A stretch of 64,000 bases of DNA, taken from NCBI GenBank assembly GCA_020073085.1, contig JAIQFV010000007.1, positions 120,375-184,374 of the forward strand. The letters are read 5' to 3'. The translations under genes and the position numbers were made by a program. Origin of the DNA: Terriglobia bacterium. GTDB lineage: Bacteria > Acidobacteriota > Terriglobia > JAIQFV01. The notes below the pieces were generated by a model that saw nothing but the letters and a program-made list of their open reading frames with translations, was not told the origin of the DNA and made no database searches. Shown one piece after another: positions 10,062 to 19,075 of the stretch. Numbering within the stretch: the stretch's first letter is position 1; the number at the start of each line of letters is the position of its first letter.

Positions 10062-11702
10062 ATGCTCAACCGTCCGACCCGCCTGATCTTCCTGACCATG
10101 GGGTTAGGGGTAATCCTCCTGCTCTGTTTTCTCCGGCTGGACGCCATGGGGCTGACGGGCCCTGATGAGCCACGCTACGCCGAAGTAGCCAAGGAGATGC
10201 TGCAATCGCACGATTTCATCACTCCACGGCTCCTGGGGCAGCCGTGGTTTGAAAAACCGGTGCTGTATTACTGGCTGGCGGCTTCGGCTTATTCCCTTTG
10301 GGGGGTGAATGAGACTGCGGCCCGGCTCCCCTCGGCGGCAGCCGCCCTCCTCTTGACCCTGACCTTGTTCCTGGGGACCCGGCCGATTCTTAACTTTGAA
10401 ACCCGGTGGCTGAGTTCCATCGTGTTTGCCACCAGCCTCGGCGCCATTGCTTTCTCCCGCGCTGCCTCGACGGACATGCTTCTGACCGCCACATTCAGCA
10501 TCGCCATGATCCTCTTTTGGGTGACGCTCTCGGACCCGTCCGCTACTCCATCGATCTCCAGGGCCACCCTGGCCTACCTGTCTCTCGGCTTATCAGTCCT
10601 GGCAAAGGGCCCGGTGGGCGTCGTGCTCGCCACGGCCATCCTGTTCGGCTATTTCTGTATCTCCGGGAGATGGAGGGAGATCGGGAAACTTCAGATCCCC
10701 CTGGGAATTGCACTGATGGCTGCCGTCGATCTTCCATGGTTTTTGCTGTGCTATCGGGCGAATGGATGGGCATTCGTCGATACCTTCCTTATCCACCATA
10801 ACCTCTTGCGGTTTGCGACCAACGAATTCCAGCACTCGCGCCCTTTCTGGTTCTATGTCCCCGTCATTCTGGGGGCGATGCTTCCGTGGACCTTTCTCCT
10901 GCTCTTGCCCGGGGGTCGAACCCGTGAACTCTTCAATTTCAATAGCTGGAGAAGCCATCCTCAAAGGGCCTTTCTATGTCTGTGGATGGCCATTCCCTTT
11001 GTATTTTTTACAGTCGCCCGATCCAAGCTCCCCGGATACATTCTTCCGGTGCTGATTCCCCTCTCCATCGTCCTGGGCAGTTCCCTCTTCTCCGTAAATC
11101 AGCAAGCCCCTGCTGCTGGGTTCAAAAGGCGAAACCCGTGGCCCCTTCGGGGCGCCCTGACGTTCGAAGGATTATTTTTCACAGCCCTCCTGATCTTTTC
11201 ACACCAGATCATCTCCCGGTTCGGGCTCGCCCTGAACAGCCTGAGGTGGACCATTGGAATCACCGCCGCCCTCATGATTGTCATCCTGACGGGCTGTCTT
11301 ATTCACAGACGCGGTCTGGCAATCGCAATCGGCGCCCATGTGCTGGTGATGACCATTCTGGTGATCGTCTCCACCTCCTACTTCCTACCCCGCCTTGATG
11401 GAGAGATCTCAACACGCCCCGCGGCACAAGCGATACATCAAGTCGCCCAATCGCCGCGTGTGTATGTCTTCGATGTTCCTCGGGCTGCCCGCTACGGACT
11501 TGATTTCTACCTGGCACCTCCGCCCGTACCGGCAACCTCGGTCGAAGAGGTCTTGCGCCAGAAGTCAGAGGATGCTGTATTCCTCGTTCTGCCGTCCCGA
11601 ACATCGAACAACCGCGGAGCCAATGTCTCGCCGCTTGTGGGTGACTTGATATATCAATCCAGAGAAATTACGGTCTTGAGGATCAGACGTCAATCGGAAT
11701 GA
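10062..11702 (+). CDS. ArnT/PMT-like glycosyltransferase (GT39/GT83 family), polytopic membrane protein
   Basis: N-terminal GLTGPDEPRYAEVAKEML...PWFEKPVLYYWL motif. About 12 predicted TM segments. Confidence 0.8.
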   Translation: MLNRPTRLIFLTMGLGVILLLCFLRLDAMGLTGPDEPRYAEVAKEMLQSHDFITPRLLGQPWFEKPVLYYWLAASAYSLWGVNETAARLPSAAAALLLTLTLFLGTRPILNFETRWLSSIVFATSLGAIAFSRAASTDMLLTATFSIAMILFWVTLSDPSATPSISRATLAYLSLGLSVLAKGPVGVVLATAILFGYFCISGRWREIGKLQIPLGIALMAAVDLPWFLLCYRANGWAFVDTFLIHHNLLRFATNEFQHSRPFWFYVPVILGAMLPWTFLLLLPGGRTRELFNFNSWRSHPQRAFLCLWMAIPFVFFTVARSKLPGYILPVLIPLSIVLGSSLFSVNQQAPAAGFKRRNPWPLRGALTFEGLFFTALLIFSHQIISRFGLALNSLRWTIGITAALMIVILTGCLIHRRGLAIAIGAHVLVMTILVIVSTSYFLPRLDGEISTRPAAQAIHQVAQSPRVYVFDVPRAARYGLDFYLAPPPVPATSVEEVLRQKSEDAVFLVLPSRTSNNRGANVSPLVGDLIYQSREITVLRIRRQSE

Positions 11703-11761
11703 GCGGGCATCACAAAATGAGTAAGGATGAGGGGGAGGGCTTCCTTGGGGACATCACGAGT

Positions 11762-12100
11762 TTAGTTAATTCTCATCCGCCCTGTAAAGCCGTCTTCATA
11801 GGTGTGGTAGTGGTCCAGCGCCTTTTCGGGATATTTCCAGCAATAATACCCCTTGCCATTATCAAAATCGACGAGCCAGAGCCCTTTGATTTCACACCCC
11901 AGCTTCTTCATCTGGTCCGCCCAGGAAGTGACGATCATTTCGTATCGTTCTTCCAGTTCGGTCCGATGCTCTTCGGCCGCAGCAGCGCGCAACTCCTCTG
12001 TAATTCCGTTGATCTGTTGGAAAGCATCGTGAGTTACCTTCCAGACGTACGGGATCAATTGCCTGGCTTCTTGATAGGTAAAGATCTTCTTTTCGGTCAT
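11762..12100 (-). CDS. DUF2203-like protein
   Basis: 112 aa. The pattern FTYQEARQLIPYV...GCEIKGLWLVDFDNGKGYYCWKYPE resembles the DUF2203 family as I recall it. Confidence 0.6.
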   Translation of the reverse strand: MTEKKIFTYQEARQLIPYVWKVTHDAFQQINGITEELRAAAAEEHRTELEERYEMIVTSWADQMKKLGCEIKGLWLVDFDNGKGYYCWKYPEKALDHYHTYEDGFTGRMRIN

Positions 12101-12207
12101 AGGGATGTAACGGCGGTTGGTCCTTCTTCTCGGGGCTGATGGATGATCGAAGGGAGCGCCCGGGAAGTTCCTCTTTCTCGGGCACGCAGGGTCTGTTCAG
12201 GAATACG

Positions 12208-12642
12208 TCACGATCCCGGCGACGGCCTTACCGCCGGCTTCTTTCGGAGAAAGGATTCAAAATAACAGGTCGATTGACGATGAATAATGGAATCGGAGTG
12301 CGGATTCTCGATCTGTCGGGTGGTAACGTTGAAGACCAATTCCCCGTGCATATAGGGTCGATGATTGTCTTCCAAAATGTAGCTGGCCACCATTCTTCCG
12401 TTCTTGTCATGAATCATCGCGAAGCGGACCGCCTGGTAGGGATGTCTTTCGGGGAAATGCGGGCATCCTCCAGGATAGCCAAAATTGCAGAACTCCTTCT
12501 GGATTGAATCCTCCGGAGTGAGGGCAGCCGCACTTTCGGCACGACACTCTCCCACAAATCCGTCTCCCAGGGGGGACTCCGGTCGGCCAGGCCATCGCCG
12601 GTGGTCCATCGGCTCCAAGGGGAAAAAAAAGGGACATGCCAT
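12208..12642 (-). CDS. Conserved hypothetical Cys-containing protein
   Basis: 144-aa ORF starting MACPFFFPLEP, with CNFGYPGGCPHFP. It sits upstream of the DUF2203 gene on the same strand. Confidence 0.5.
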   Translation of the reverse strand: MACPFFFPLEPMDHRRWPGRPESPLGDGFVGECRAESAAALTPEDSIQKEFCNFGYPGGCPHFPERHPYQAVRFAMIHDKNGRMVASYILEDNHRPYMHGELVFNVTTRQIENPHSDSIIHRQSTCYFESFLRKKPAVRPSPGS

Positions 12643-13057
12643 GTTTGCCTACCTTTTGACGCTTAAGGGCTGGTTTGGGCGTGTCAACGCACAGCTTCAC
12701 TGGGCCCACGAGGCATTATACCAAACTTGTAGAGGTCTTCCCCAGCCTTAAAGTCAGTGTGTAAACAGCAGAGGGGCCGTCGAGCGTCGCCCTGCAAAAA
12801 CCATTCTGAAAGAAAAAGCCTCAGGATCGGGGAATTGACAAAGGGCCCCTGGGATGGGGTGATTTTGGAAGGAATGGCGGGAATCTCTACCCTGGCGAAT
12901 GCGCCGGGAAGAAAACTTATCGACGGGAGGAGAGGCTCAGAAATCCCTTTCATGCCGCACTCCACCTGTGCCGAACTTACCCCGGTACAAACGGGGGAGA
13001 GATCCGTATCTTCCAAACAACACCCAGCTCTTCAGCTCTCCCCCCCTCGCACTGGTC

Positions 13058-13435
13058 CTATTGTGCAAAAACCAGAGCCTGTTTGGTTCCTCCAATGCGG
13101 ATTTCGAGAAGGGTTCGAGTTCCGTCGCTGTTGTTTTGATAAACAACCGCACTGGTGGAATACCTCTCATCGCGATCCACAAGGCGGGCATCCGCTGTGA
13201 CCGCAACCTTGTCGGAGTGCTTGAATGTCACAGTTGCATCCGGGCTGTGTGTCACCCAGCTTACCTTGTAATCCCCAGGAGCCACCTGACCGCCGTGAAA
13301 TGAGAGTGGATGGGTCACCGTTACCGTCACAGAATCCTTTGCTAAGGCTGGAACACTGGCCATCAAAAGAACAGCCAAGGTCAAAATTGAGATCTTCCAT
13401 TTCATTTGTTTTTTCATTTTTTTGTCTCCCTTCAC
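13058..13435 (-). CDS. Small secreted protein (hypothetical)
   Basis: Clear signal peptide KWKISILTLAVLLMASVPALA followed by a beta-rich mature part. An alternative ATG lies at 13417. Confidence 0.5.
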   Translation of the reverse strand: MKGDKKMKKQMKWKISILTLAVLLMASVPALAKDSVTVTVTHPLSFHGGQVAPGDYKVSWVTHSPDATVTFKHSDKVAVTADARLVDRDERYSTSAVVYQNNSDGTRTLLEIRIGGTKQALVFAQ

Positions 13436-14074
13436 ATCCAGTTAGCGATCCAAATGAGCAAGTTGGCAAAACGCCAGTCGTTCACTTTCTTAAACGGGAA
13501 TGTCTCGATTGACCACCCCCTTTATCTTGAGTTATTTCTCGCGCCATCGAACATACCAAGGTCTTTACCCGAGACGAATTTCAAACAGGGGATTCGCTTT
13601 CGACTCACACCGGCACCGGGACCACCCTTGGTTCCGGCCACCCGATTGACAGAGAAGAATCCGCATCGAGCCCACCCCATGGATTTCGTGTTCATTTGAT
13701 TAGACGAAATATCATTCCAATTGTTTCAAGAGGCAGGGAGATCTCGTGTAATTGTTTGTCTCCCGAGTGAACCTGGATCTTACCGGCCCATCCTCGCCGG
13801 AAAATATTGACTCCCCTCCTGAGTCGGGCCGGCACCGCTGGTGGGCGAGGCGTCCGGATTCGTCGGCGAATCAAAGCGTCGATCGGACTGAGGCGTTCAA
13901 TAAATTGGACCTGGCAGGATTGGCTGCTTCTCCTGATGGGACCTCTGCGGTTTCAAGTTTGAGGTCCGGGTTCATACGGCAGGAAAGCCGACTCGGGGAA
14001 CCCACGCTCGGACATAAGGACCGAGCGGAGCTGGTCCGGAGGAGGAGGTGAGTGGACACGGGGGAGGCAAAAAG

Positions 14075-14761
14075 CTAGCCGAGAAACTTGTAGCCGGTCC
14101 CGTGGATGGTGATGATGAATTTCGGTTCGGATGGCTTCTCTTCGATTTTCTGCCGAACCTTCGCCACATGGTTGTCCACCGTTCGCGTGGTCGGATACTG
14201 GTCATAACCCCACACATCGTCCAGAAGCCGATCGCGACTGAGTGTTTCGCCGCGATGTTGGACGAAGTATTTCAGGAGTTCAAATTCCTTTGTGGAAAGG
14301 TCGAGAGGGCGTTTGTTCCGGATGGCCTGGTGCTTCACGAAGTCGAGTTCGATATTACCAAAGCGATACTGTTCGATCCCCTGGTTGCGGCCCTCGATCC
14401 GGCGCAGGACTGCCTTCACCCGGGCCAGCAACTCCCGGATGCTGAACGGCTTCGTCACGTAGTCGTCGGCGCCCAGCTCGAGGCCGACGACCTTGTCGAT
14501 TTCCTGTCCGCGCGCCGTCAGCATCACCACCGGCATGGTATAGCCCTTGGCCCGCAGCTCTTTGCAGACGTCCAACCCGCTCTTTTTCGGCATCATGATG
14601 TCGAGAATGACCAGATCGGGTTTTTCACCCATGGCCTTACTCAGACCGGCTTCTCCATCGTTGGCGGAGATGACCTCGTAACCCTCCAGCTCAAAGTTGT
14701 CCGTAAGGCCCATCACCATGTTCGGTTCGTCTTCTACAATGAGGATTTTCGGTTTGGTCAC
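14075..14761 (-). CDS. OmpR/PhoB-family response regulator
   Basis: Receiver domain (ILIVEDEP...DLVILDIMMP) plus winged helix (TRTVDNHVAKVRQKIE...IHGTGYKF). The GTG start at 14761 forms a GTGA overlap with the kinase stop. Confidence 0.9.
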   Translation of the reverse strand: MTKPKILIVEDEPNMVMGLTDNFELEGYEVISANDGEAGLSKAMGEKPDLVILDIMMPKKSGLDVCKELRAKGYTMPVVMLTARGQEIDKVVGLELGADDYVTKPFSIRELLARVKAVLRRIEGRNQGIEQYRFGNIELDFVKHQAIRNKRPLDLSTKEFELLKYFVQHRGETLSRDRLLDDVWGYDQYPTTRTVDNHVAKVRQKIEEKPSEPKFIITIHGTGYKFLG

Positions 14762-16521
14762 GCTACATTCTCCGTGTGGGCTGCAGTTGTTGAATGCGAT
14801 TCCTCGCTCTCGTCCGAGGCGGACCACTCCCCTGTCCCGGGTTCCGGCAGGGGCAGTTGGATGACAAATCGGCTCCCCTCTCCGACCCGGCTCTCGACTT
14901 TGATCGTGCCCCCGTGGGCCTTGACAATATGATGAACCAGCGACAGGCCGAGACCGCTTCCCTTAGTGTCGTGCACTAGGCTGTTTGAAGCCCGATAGAA
15001 TTTCTCAAATATCTTCTTCTGGTCCGCTCGCGCAATGCCGATGCCGCGATCCGCGACCATGATCTTTGCCATCTGCCCTTCCCGGCTGACGGTCACGGTA
15101 ATCGATTTCTCATCCGTGGAGTATTTGAGGGAGTTGTTGAGAAGATTCAGCATCGCTTGCGAAATGGCATCCCGGTCGATTCGCATCGGGGGAAGGGTGT
15201 CGTCGGTGTCCATCTTGAGCGTAAATCCCTGCTGCTCCACATGGAAGCGGTAGGACTCAATGGTTTCGCGAACGACCTCAGAAATCGACTGCCGCACAAA
15301 CTTATATTCCTTCTTCCCCGCTTCGATTCGTGAAAAGTCCAGGATGTTGTTGATAAGCTGCGTCAGTCGCTCACTCTCTTTCCGGATAATGCTGAAATAC
15401 TCCCGCTGCCGTTCCGTGGACTTCACCCGGTCCAGTTCCAGAGTCTCCGCAAAGAGCCGGATCAAGGCAAGCGGCGTCTTAAACTCGTGAGAGACATTGG
15501 ACACGAAGTCAGATTTGAGTTGAGCCAGTTGCATCTCCCGGGCCATGTTCCGCAAGGTCAGGAGCATGCCTCCGATCAGCACCACCACGAGGAAGGTGAC
15601 CAGCAAAAAGTTCCAGCGGATATAGTGGTCCGCGATCCCCTCGATCGTGACCCCTTTGGGCTTGATGGCGGCGACGAAGAAGCGCCACGCGCCATAGCCC
15701 ATGATTCGTTTCACCTCAAAATTGTAGGAGTCAATCGGCTGGGAGCTGGCAATGATGTTCTGCTCTTCGTTGATATAATGGATGGCGATGATGGTCGATT
15801 TCAGGTTGCGGCGATCGCCCGAGGTCGACTCGCTTTCCATTTCCCGGAAGATCCGAGGGAAAAACTCGTTGGCCAAAAAGGGCGTATCCAGGATGTAGCC
15901 CCCGATTCGGTAGCTGTCATCGTCGTACGGAGGGAGGACAAAATACACCACAATATTGACGTCGTCATGCTCATTTCGCCGCACCGCCGTGGGGATGAGC
16001 TTGAACTCCCCCCTCAAGGCATACTCCTGCAGTTTTCGTACGCTCTCGTGAAATTGTTCGGTCCTCAACATCTCGACCATCAGGGCCTTCTTGTAACGCA
16101 GGAAATCGCATTCCATGTGCGTTTCCAGCGATTGCCGGTCATTCATCACCAGACCACGCCTGCTGTCAAAATAGAAGATTGCATCGGTAAACGGAAAATG
16201 TTCCAGGGTGGCATCGACCTTCGCATGGATCGCCGCATCGGGGGTCTGGCTTAAGTCCGTTGCCCCCAGCTCATCCGCCACGGAACGCGCATATATTTTC
16301 AACTCGGCCGACGACTTTCGCTCCACCACTTCCAGAGTCTGCATGAAATCCCGTTGAATCACGGCATCGATGGCGTGTGTGCTCTTGATGTTGGACAGGG
16401 AGATGTACTCAAAGACGATTAAAATGATGATGGGCAGGATGATAGCAAGGGTCCAGATGACGATGAGCTTTCGTTTTGGCGAGAATTGCCTTTTCATCGG
16501 ATGGCTACCCCTTGCCGTCAT
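14758..16521 (-). CDS. Sensor histidine kinase
   Basis: H-box SNVSHEFKTPLALI and HATPase_c boxes (LLNNSLKYS, DRGIGI, GSGLGLSLV). N-terminal TM helix. An alternative ATG lies at 16497. Confidence 0.9.
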   Translation of the reverse strand: MTARGSHPMKRQFSPKRKLIVIWTLAIILPIIILIVFEYISLSNIKSTHAIDAVIQRDFMQTLEVVERKSSAELKIYARSVADELGATDLSQTPDAAIHAKVDATLEHFPFTDAIFYFDSRRGLVMNDRQSLETHMECDFLRYKKALMVEMLRTEQFHESVRKLQEYALRGEFKLIPTAVRRNEHDDVNIVVYFVLPPYDDDSYRIGGYILDTPFLANEFFPRIFREMESESTSGDRRNLKSTIIAIHYINEEQNIIASSQPIDSYNFEVKRIMGYGAWRFFVAAIKPKGVTIEGIADHYIRWNFLLVTFLVVVLIGGMLLTLRNMAREMQLAQLKSDFVSNVSHEFKTPLALIRLFAETLELDRVKSTERQREYFSIIRKESERLTQLINNILDFSRIEAGKKEYKFVRQSISEVVRETIESYRFHVEQQGFTLKMDTDDTLPPMRIDRDAISQAMLNLLNNSLKYSTDEKSITVTVSREGQMAKIMVADRGIGIARADQKKIFEKFYRASNSLVHDTKGSGLGLSLVHHIVKAHGGTIKVESRVGEGSRFVIQLPLPEPGTGEWSASDESEESHSTTAAHTENVA

Positions 16522-16694
16522 TCGAGCATGAATCTAGCAGAGCCCTTCCGCTCACATGTCACCTGATTGTAAAAAAATGTAAAATGGAACAGGGAACCCG
16601 CCCCCAGAACCCCATTGTCGAGCGTTTCGCTCAAACCCTGCCCCCCCCCGAACGACACACCCCGAGGGCGACGACCCCAATGGTGCCCGCGAGG

Positions 16695-17324
16695 TCACAG
16701 CCGAATACCTTTTCCCAGAAAAGCGAAAATCGTATTGTAACCAATGAAGAGTGTGATGACAAAAATGACCATCGCCGCCCACGTCGTGACACGCTGGGCC
16801 CGCGGCCCGGACGCTATCCCCCAGGTGATCCCAAAGGTCCAAAGTCCGTTGGCAAAATGATATGTGACGCCCAAAATGCCCAACAAGTAAACAATGAGCG
16901 TTGCCGGTTCTTTCATCCCCTCGGTAAAATGATCATACTGGCTGGTGTAATGGTAAATGCGTGGCGCGATCTGGGTCATATATACATGGGCGAAGGCAAA
17001 CAAGAGCACCCCGATTCCGCTGATTCGTTGCAGGGCGTATCGCAAGTTGCTGAGATAGGGATTGCGGATGTTGTTGTATTTAGCACGAAGGCCCAGCCAC
17101 AAGCCCAGAAAGCCGTGAAACAGGATCGGTACATAAATAAAGACGATCTCAAAGGGAAAGACGTAAGGCAGGTTGTCGAGTTTCTTTAGATGCGCGTCAA
17201 AGGCTTCGCGCCCCGCAAACACATAGGAACCATTGTAGAAATGAACCAGCAGGAATAAACCGAGCGGCACAACGCCCAGCAAGGAATGCAGGCGTTTCCA
17301 ATAAAAATAGGATCGATCGCCCAT
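16695..17324 (-). CDS. sdhC: Succinate dehydrogenase/fumarate reductase cytochrome b subunit (b558 family-like)
   Basis: 209 aa with 5 TM helices. KRLHSLLGVVPLGLFLLVHFYNGS and PILFHGFLGL resemble the b558 SdhC family. No sdhA or sdhB is adjacent. Confidence 0.6.
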   Translation of the reverse strand: MGDRSYFYWKRLHSLLGVVPLGLFLLVHFYNGSYVFAGREAFDAHLKKLDNLPYVFPFEIVFIYVPILFHGFLGLWLGLRAKYNNIRNPYLSNLRYALQRISGIGVLLFAFAHVYMTQIAPRIYHYTSQYDHFTEGMKEPATLIVYLLGILGVTYHFANGLWTFGITWGIASGPRAQRVTTWAAMVIFVITLFIGYNTIFAFLGKGIRL

Positions 17325-17492
17325 ATGATGAACTCTCCGGAATCTGGTTTAATCATCCGAACGGGGATTTGTTCCCTGCGACCCGCGGGCCGGGAAGTGC
17401 GAAACAGCGAAGATTTCAGAATCAGTCTGTCATCATAGCACAAGGAAAAACGATATTGAACCCCGTTTCCATGGATCTCTGCCAGAAACCGT

Positions 17493-17521
17493 TTGACACC
17501 CCGCGGCAGCCTTCCTATGAT
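17493..17521 (+). promoter_or_regulatory. Candidate sigma-70 promoter (TTGACA-N17-TATGAT)
   Basis: TTGACA lies at 17493..17498 and TATGAT at 17516..17521, about 40 nt upstream of the ATG at 17560. Confidence 0.5.
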
Positions 17522-17559
17522 GTTGCTCTCCATCGGAACCCGCGATTCCGGAGGGAATC

Positions 17560-17859
17560 ATGAGCCCATCTTTCATGGAGAATTACCGGGCAAAACACCA
17601 GCACCCTCTCAATCGGCTGACCCACTATATCGGCATCCCGATGATTGTCGCCTCTCTCGTTTATCTCTTCTTTGACTGGAAGATCGGAATGATCCTCTTT
17701 ATCACCGGATGGATTTTCCAGTTTGTGGGCCACTTCATCGAAGGGAATCAGCCCGCTTTTTTCAAGAATCCCATTTATCTCCTGGTAGGGCCTCTGTTCG
17801 TGCTCAAAAAGGCCGGGTCAGCGCTCAGAAATCTCCTCACGCCACGGCCCTCCCCTTGA
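17560..17859 (+). CDS. DUF962 (Mpo1-like) membrane protein
   Basis: YRAKHQHPLNRLTHYIGIPMIV...GHFIEGNQPAFFKNP pattern. Confidence 0.7.
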   Translation: MSPSFMENYRAKHQHPLNRLTHYIGIPMIVASLVYLFFDWKIGMILFITGWIFQFVGHFIEGNQPAFFKNPIYLLVGPLFVLKKAGSALRNLLTPRPSP

Positions 17860-18873
17860 TCAGCGGTTGGCGGCCGGAAGATACCCCGCTGCCCTGAGCC
17901 ACTCTTCGGTCACTCTCATTCCTTTTTCCAGGGAAATCCGGGGTCGATAGCCGAGGTCCTGTTGCGCTTTTTCGATGCTGAATCGCGCGTGGCGGGTCAG
18001 AAACCGAATGGCCTCGCGACTAATCTTAGAGGGCTTCCCCGAGAGCTTTGAACCCATCTCCATACCGAGTGCGATGAGCCGGGCGACCCATTCGGGAACC
18101 GAGCGGATTCCCGACTTTCCAGCCATAGCGGCGTAATACCCAAAAAACTCTCTCCAGGTTACAGCCGTCCCGTCGCTGACCAAATAAACCTGACCCACCG
18201 AGTCGTCGCGCCTGGTCGCGGTCAAGGTGGCGTCAAGCAGGTTGTCAATGAACACGTAGTTACAGAGACCGCTCCCTCCGTTAATGAGGATCATTTGGCC
18301 CGAATTGATCATTTCGATGGGCCGGATGGTCCAGGGGTTCGAGTGCGGACCGTAAACATTGGCGGGCCGAATTACCACCACCGGCAATTTGGCCTCGCGA
18401 TAGGAATCCCAGACGGCCTCTTCGGCAGCAATCTTCGTGTCACAATAGAGATTGCCGCAGGGCTGGTACGGAGTGCTTTCATTGGCTCCGTCTGGCGGAT
18501 CGAGGCCATACACTGCAACGCTGCTGAAGTGGATGAACTTCTTCACTTCCGCCTCGGAAGACACCATGAGAATATTCTGGGTCCCTTCGACGTTGGTCCG
18601 CAGAAACTCGTTCCGTTCTCCTCCTTCCCGGACTACCGCCGCACAATGAAATACCAGGTCGCAATCTGCAGCGGTCCGGCGCAGCGACGGGACATCGAGG
18701 AGATCTCCTTCGACCGTTTCCAGGGGGAGTCCTCTCAGCCGGCCAGCTTTCCCGGGGCTCCGAACCAGGGCCCGAACGTGAACATCCTCCTCAATCGCCA
18801 GGCGCTCCGACAGCCGTCCCCCAATAAAACCCGACGCTCCTGTCACCAAGGCTCTTAGCCCGCGAATCTCCAT
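17860..18873 (-). CDS. NAD-dependent epimerase/dehydratase (extended SDR family)
   Basis: Rossmann motif ALVTGASGFIGG and the YCDTK active-site pattern. The start is set at ATG 18873 (MEIRGLRALVTG). Its stop directly abuts the stop of the convergent DUF962 gene. Confidence 0.85.
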   Translation of the reverse strand: MEIRGLRALVTGASGFIGGRLSERLAIEEDVHVRALVRSPGKAGRLRGLPLETVEGDLLDVPSLRRTAADCDLVFHCAAVVREGGERNEFLRTNVEGTQNILMVSSEAEVKKFIHFSSVAVYGLDPPDGANESTPYQPCGNLYCDTKIAAEEAVWDSYREAKLPVVVIRPANVYGPHSNPWTIRPIEMINSGQMILINGGSGLCNYVFIDNLLDATLTATRRDDSVGQVYLVSDGTAVTWREFFGYYAAMAGKSGIRSVPEWVARLIALGMEMGSKLSGKPSKISREAIRFLTRHARFSIEKAQQDLGYRPRISLEKGMRVTEEWLRAAGYLPAANR

Positions 18874-19075
18874 GACCCCTCCGGGCCCCCTCTTGCCCAG
18901 TGAAAATGAAGAACACCTGAGTCCAGCAAGTGTTCGTAAGCTTTTATCACGCCCGCCGGTCCTTTTCAATCTCTCCATGCGCACCCTCAAGGGAACGCTC
19001 CTGGGCATTGCTGGGACCACGCCGATTCACGAGCTTGCCACGGGTTCCGGCGAGGAGTAGCATACCCATCGAAGC

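Noticed and set aside
12684-13200. ORFs 12684..13016 (minus) and 12757..13200 (plus) in the gene-poor region.
   Set aside because: They overlap each other. They have no ribosome-binding sites or recognisable motifs, and their composition is typical of random ORFs.
16476-17189. A 237-aa plus-strand ORF overlapping the sdhC-like gene.
   Set aside because: Its translation is Pro/Arg/Gln-rich with no motifs. The minus-strand product has five clean TM helices and SdhC-like motifs.
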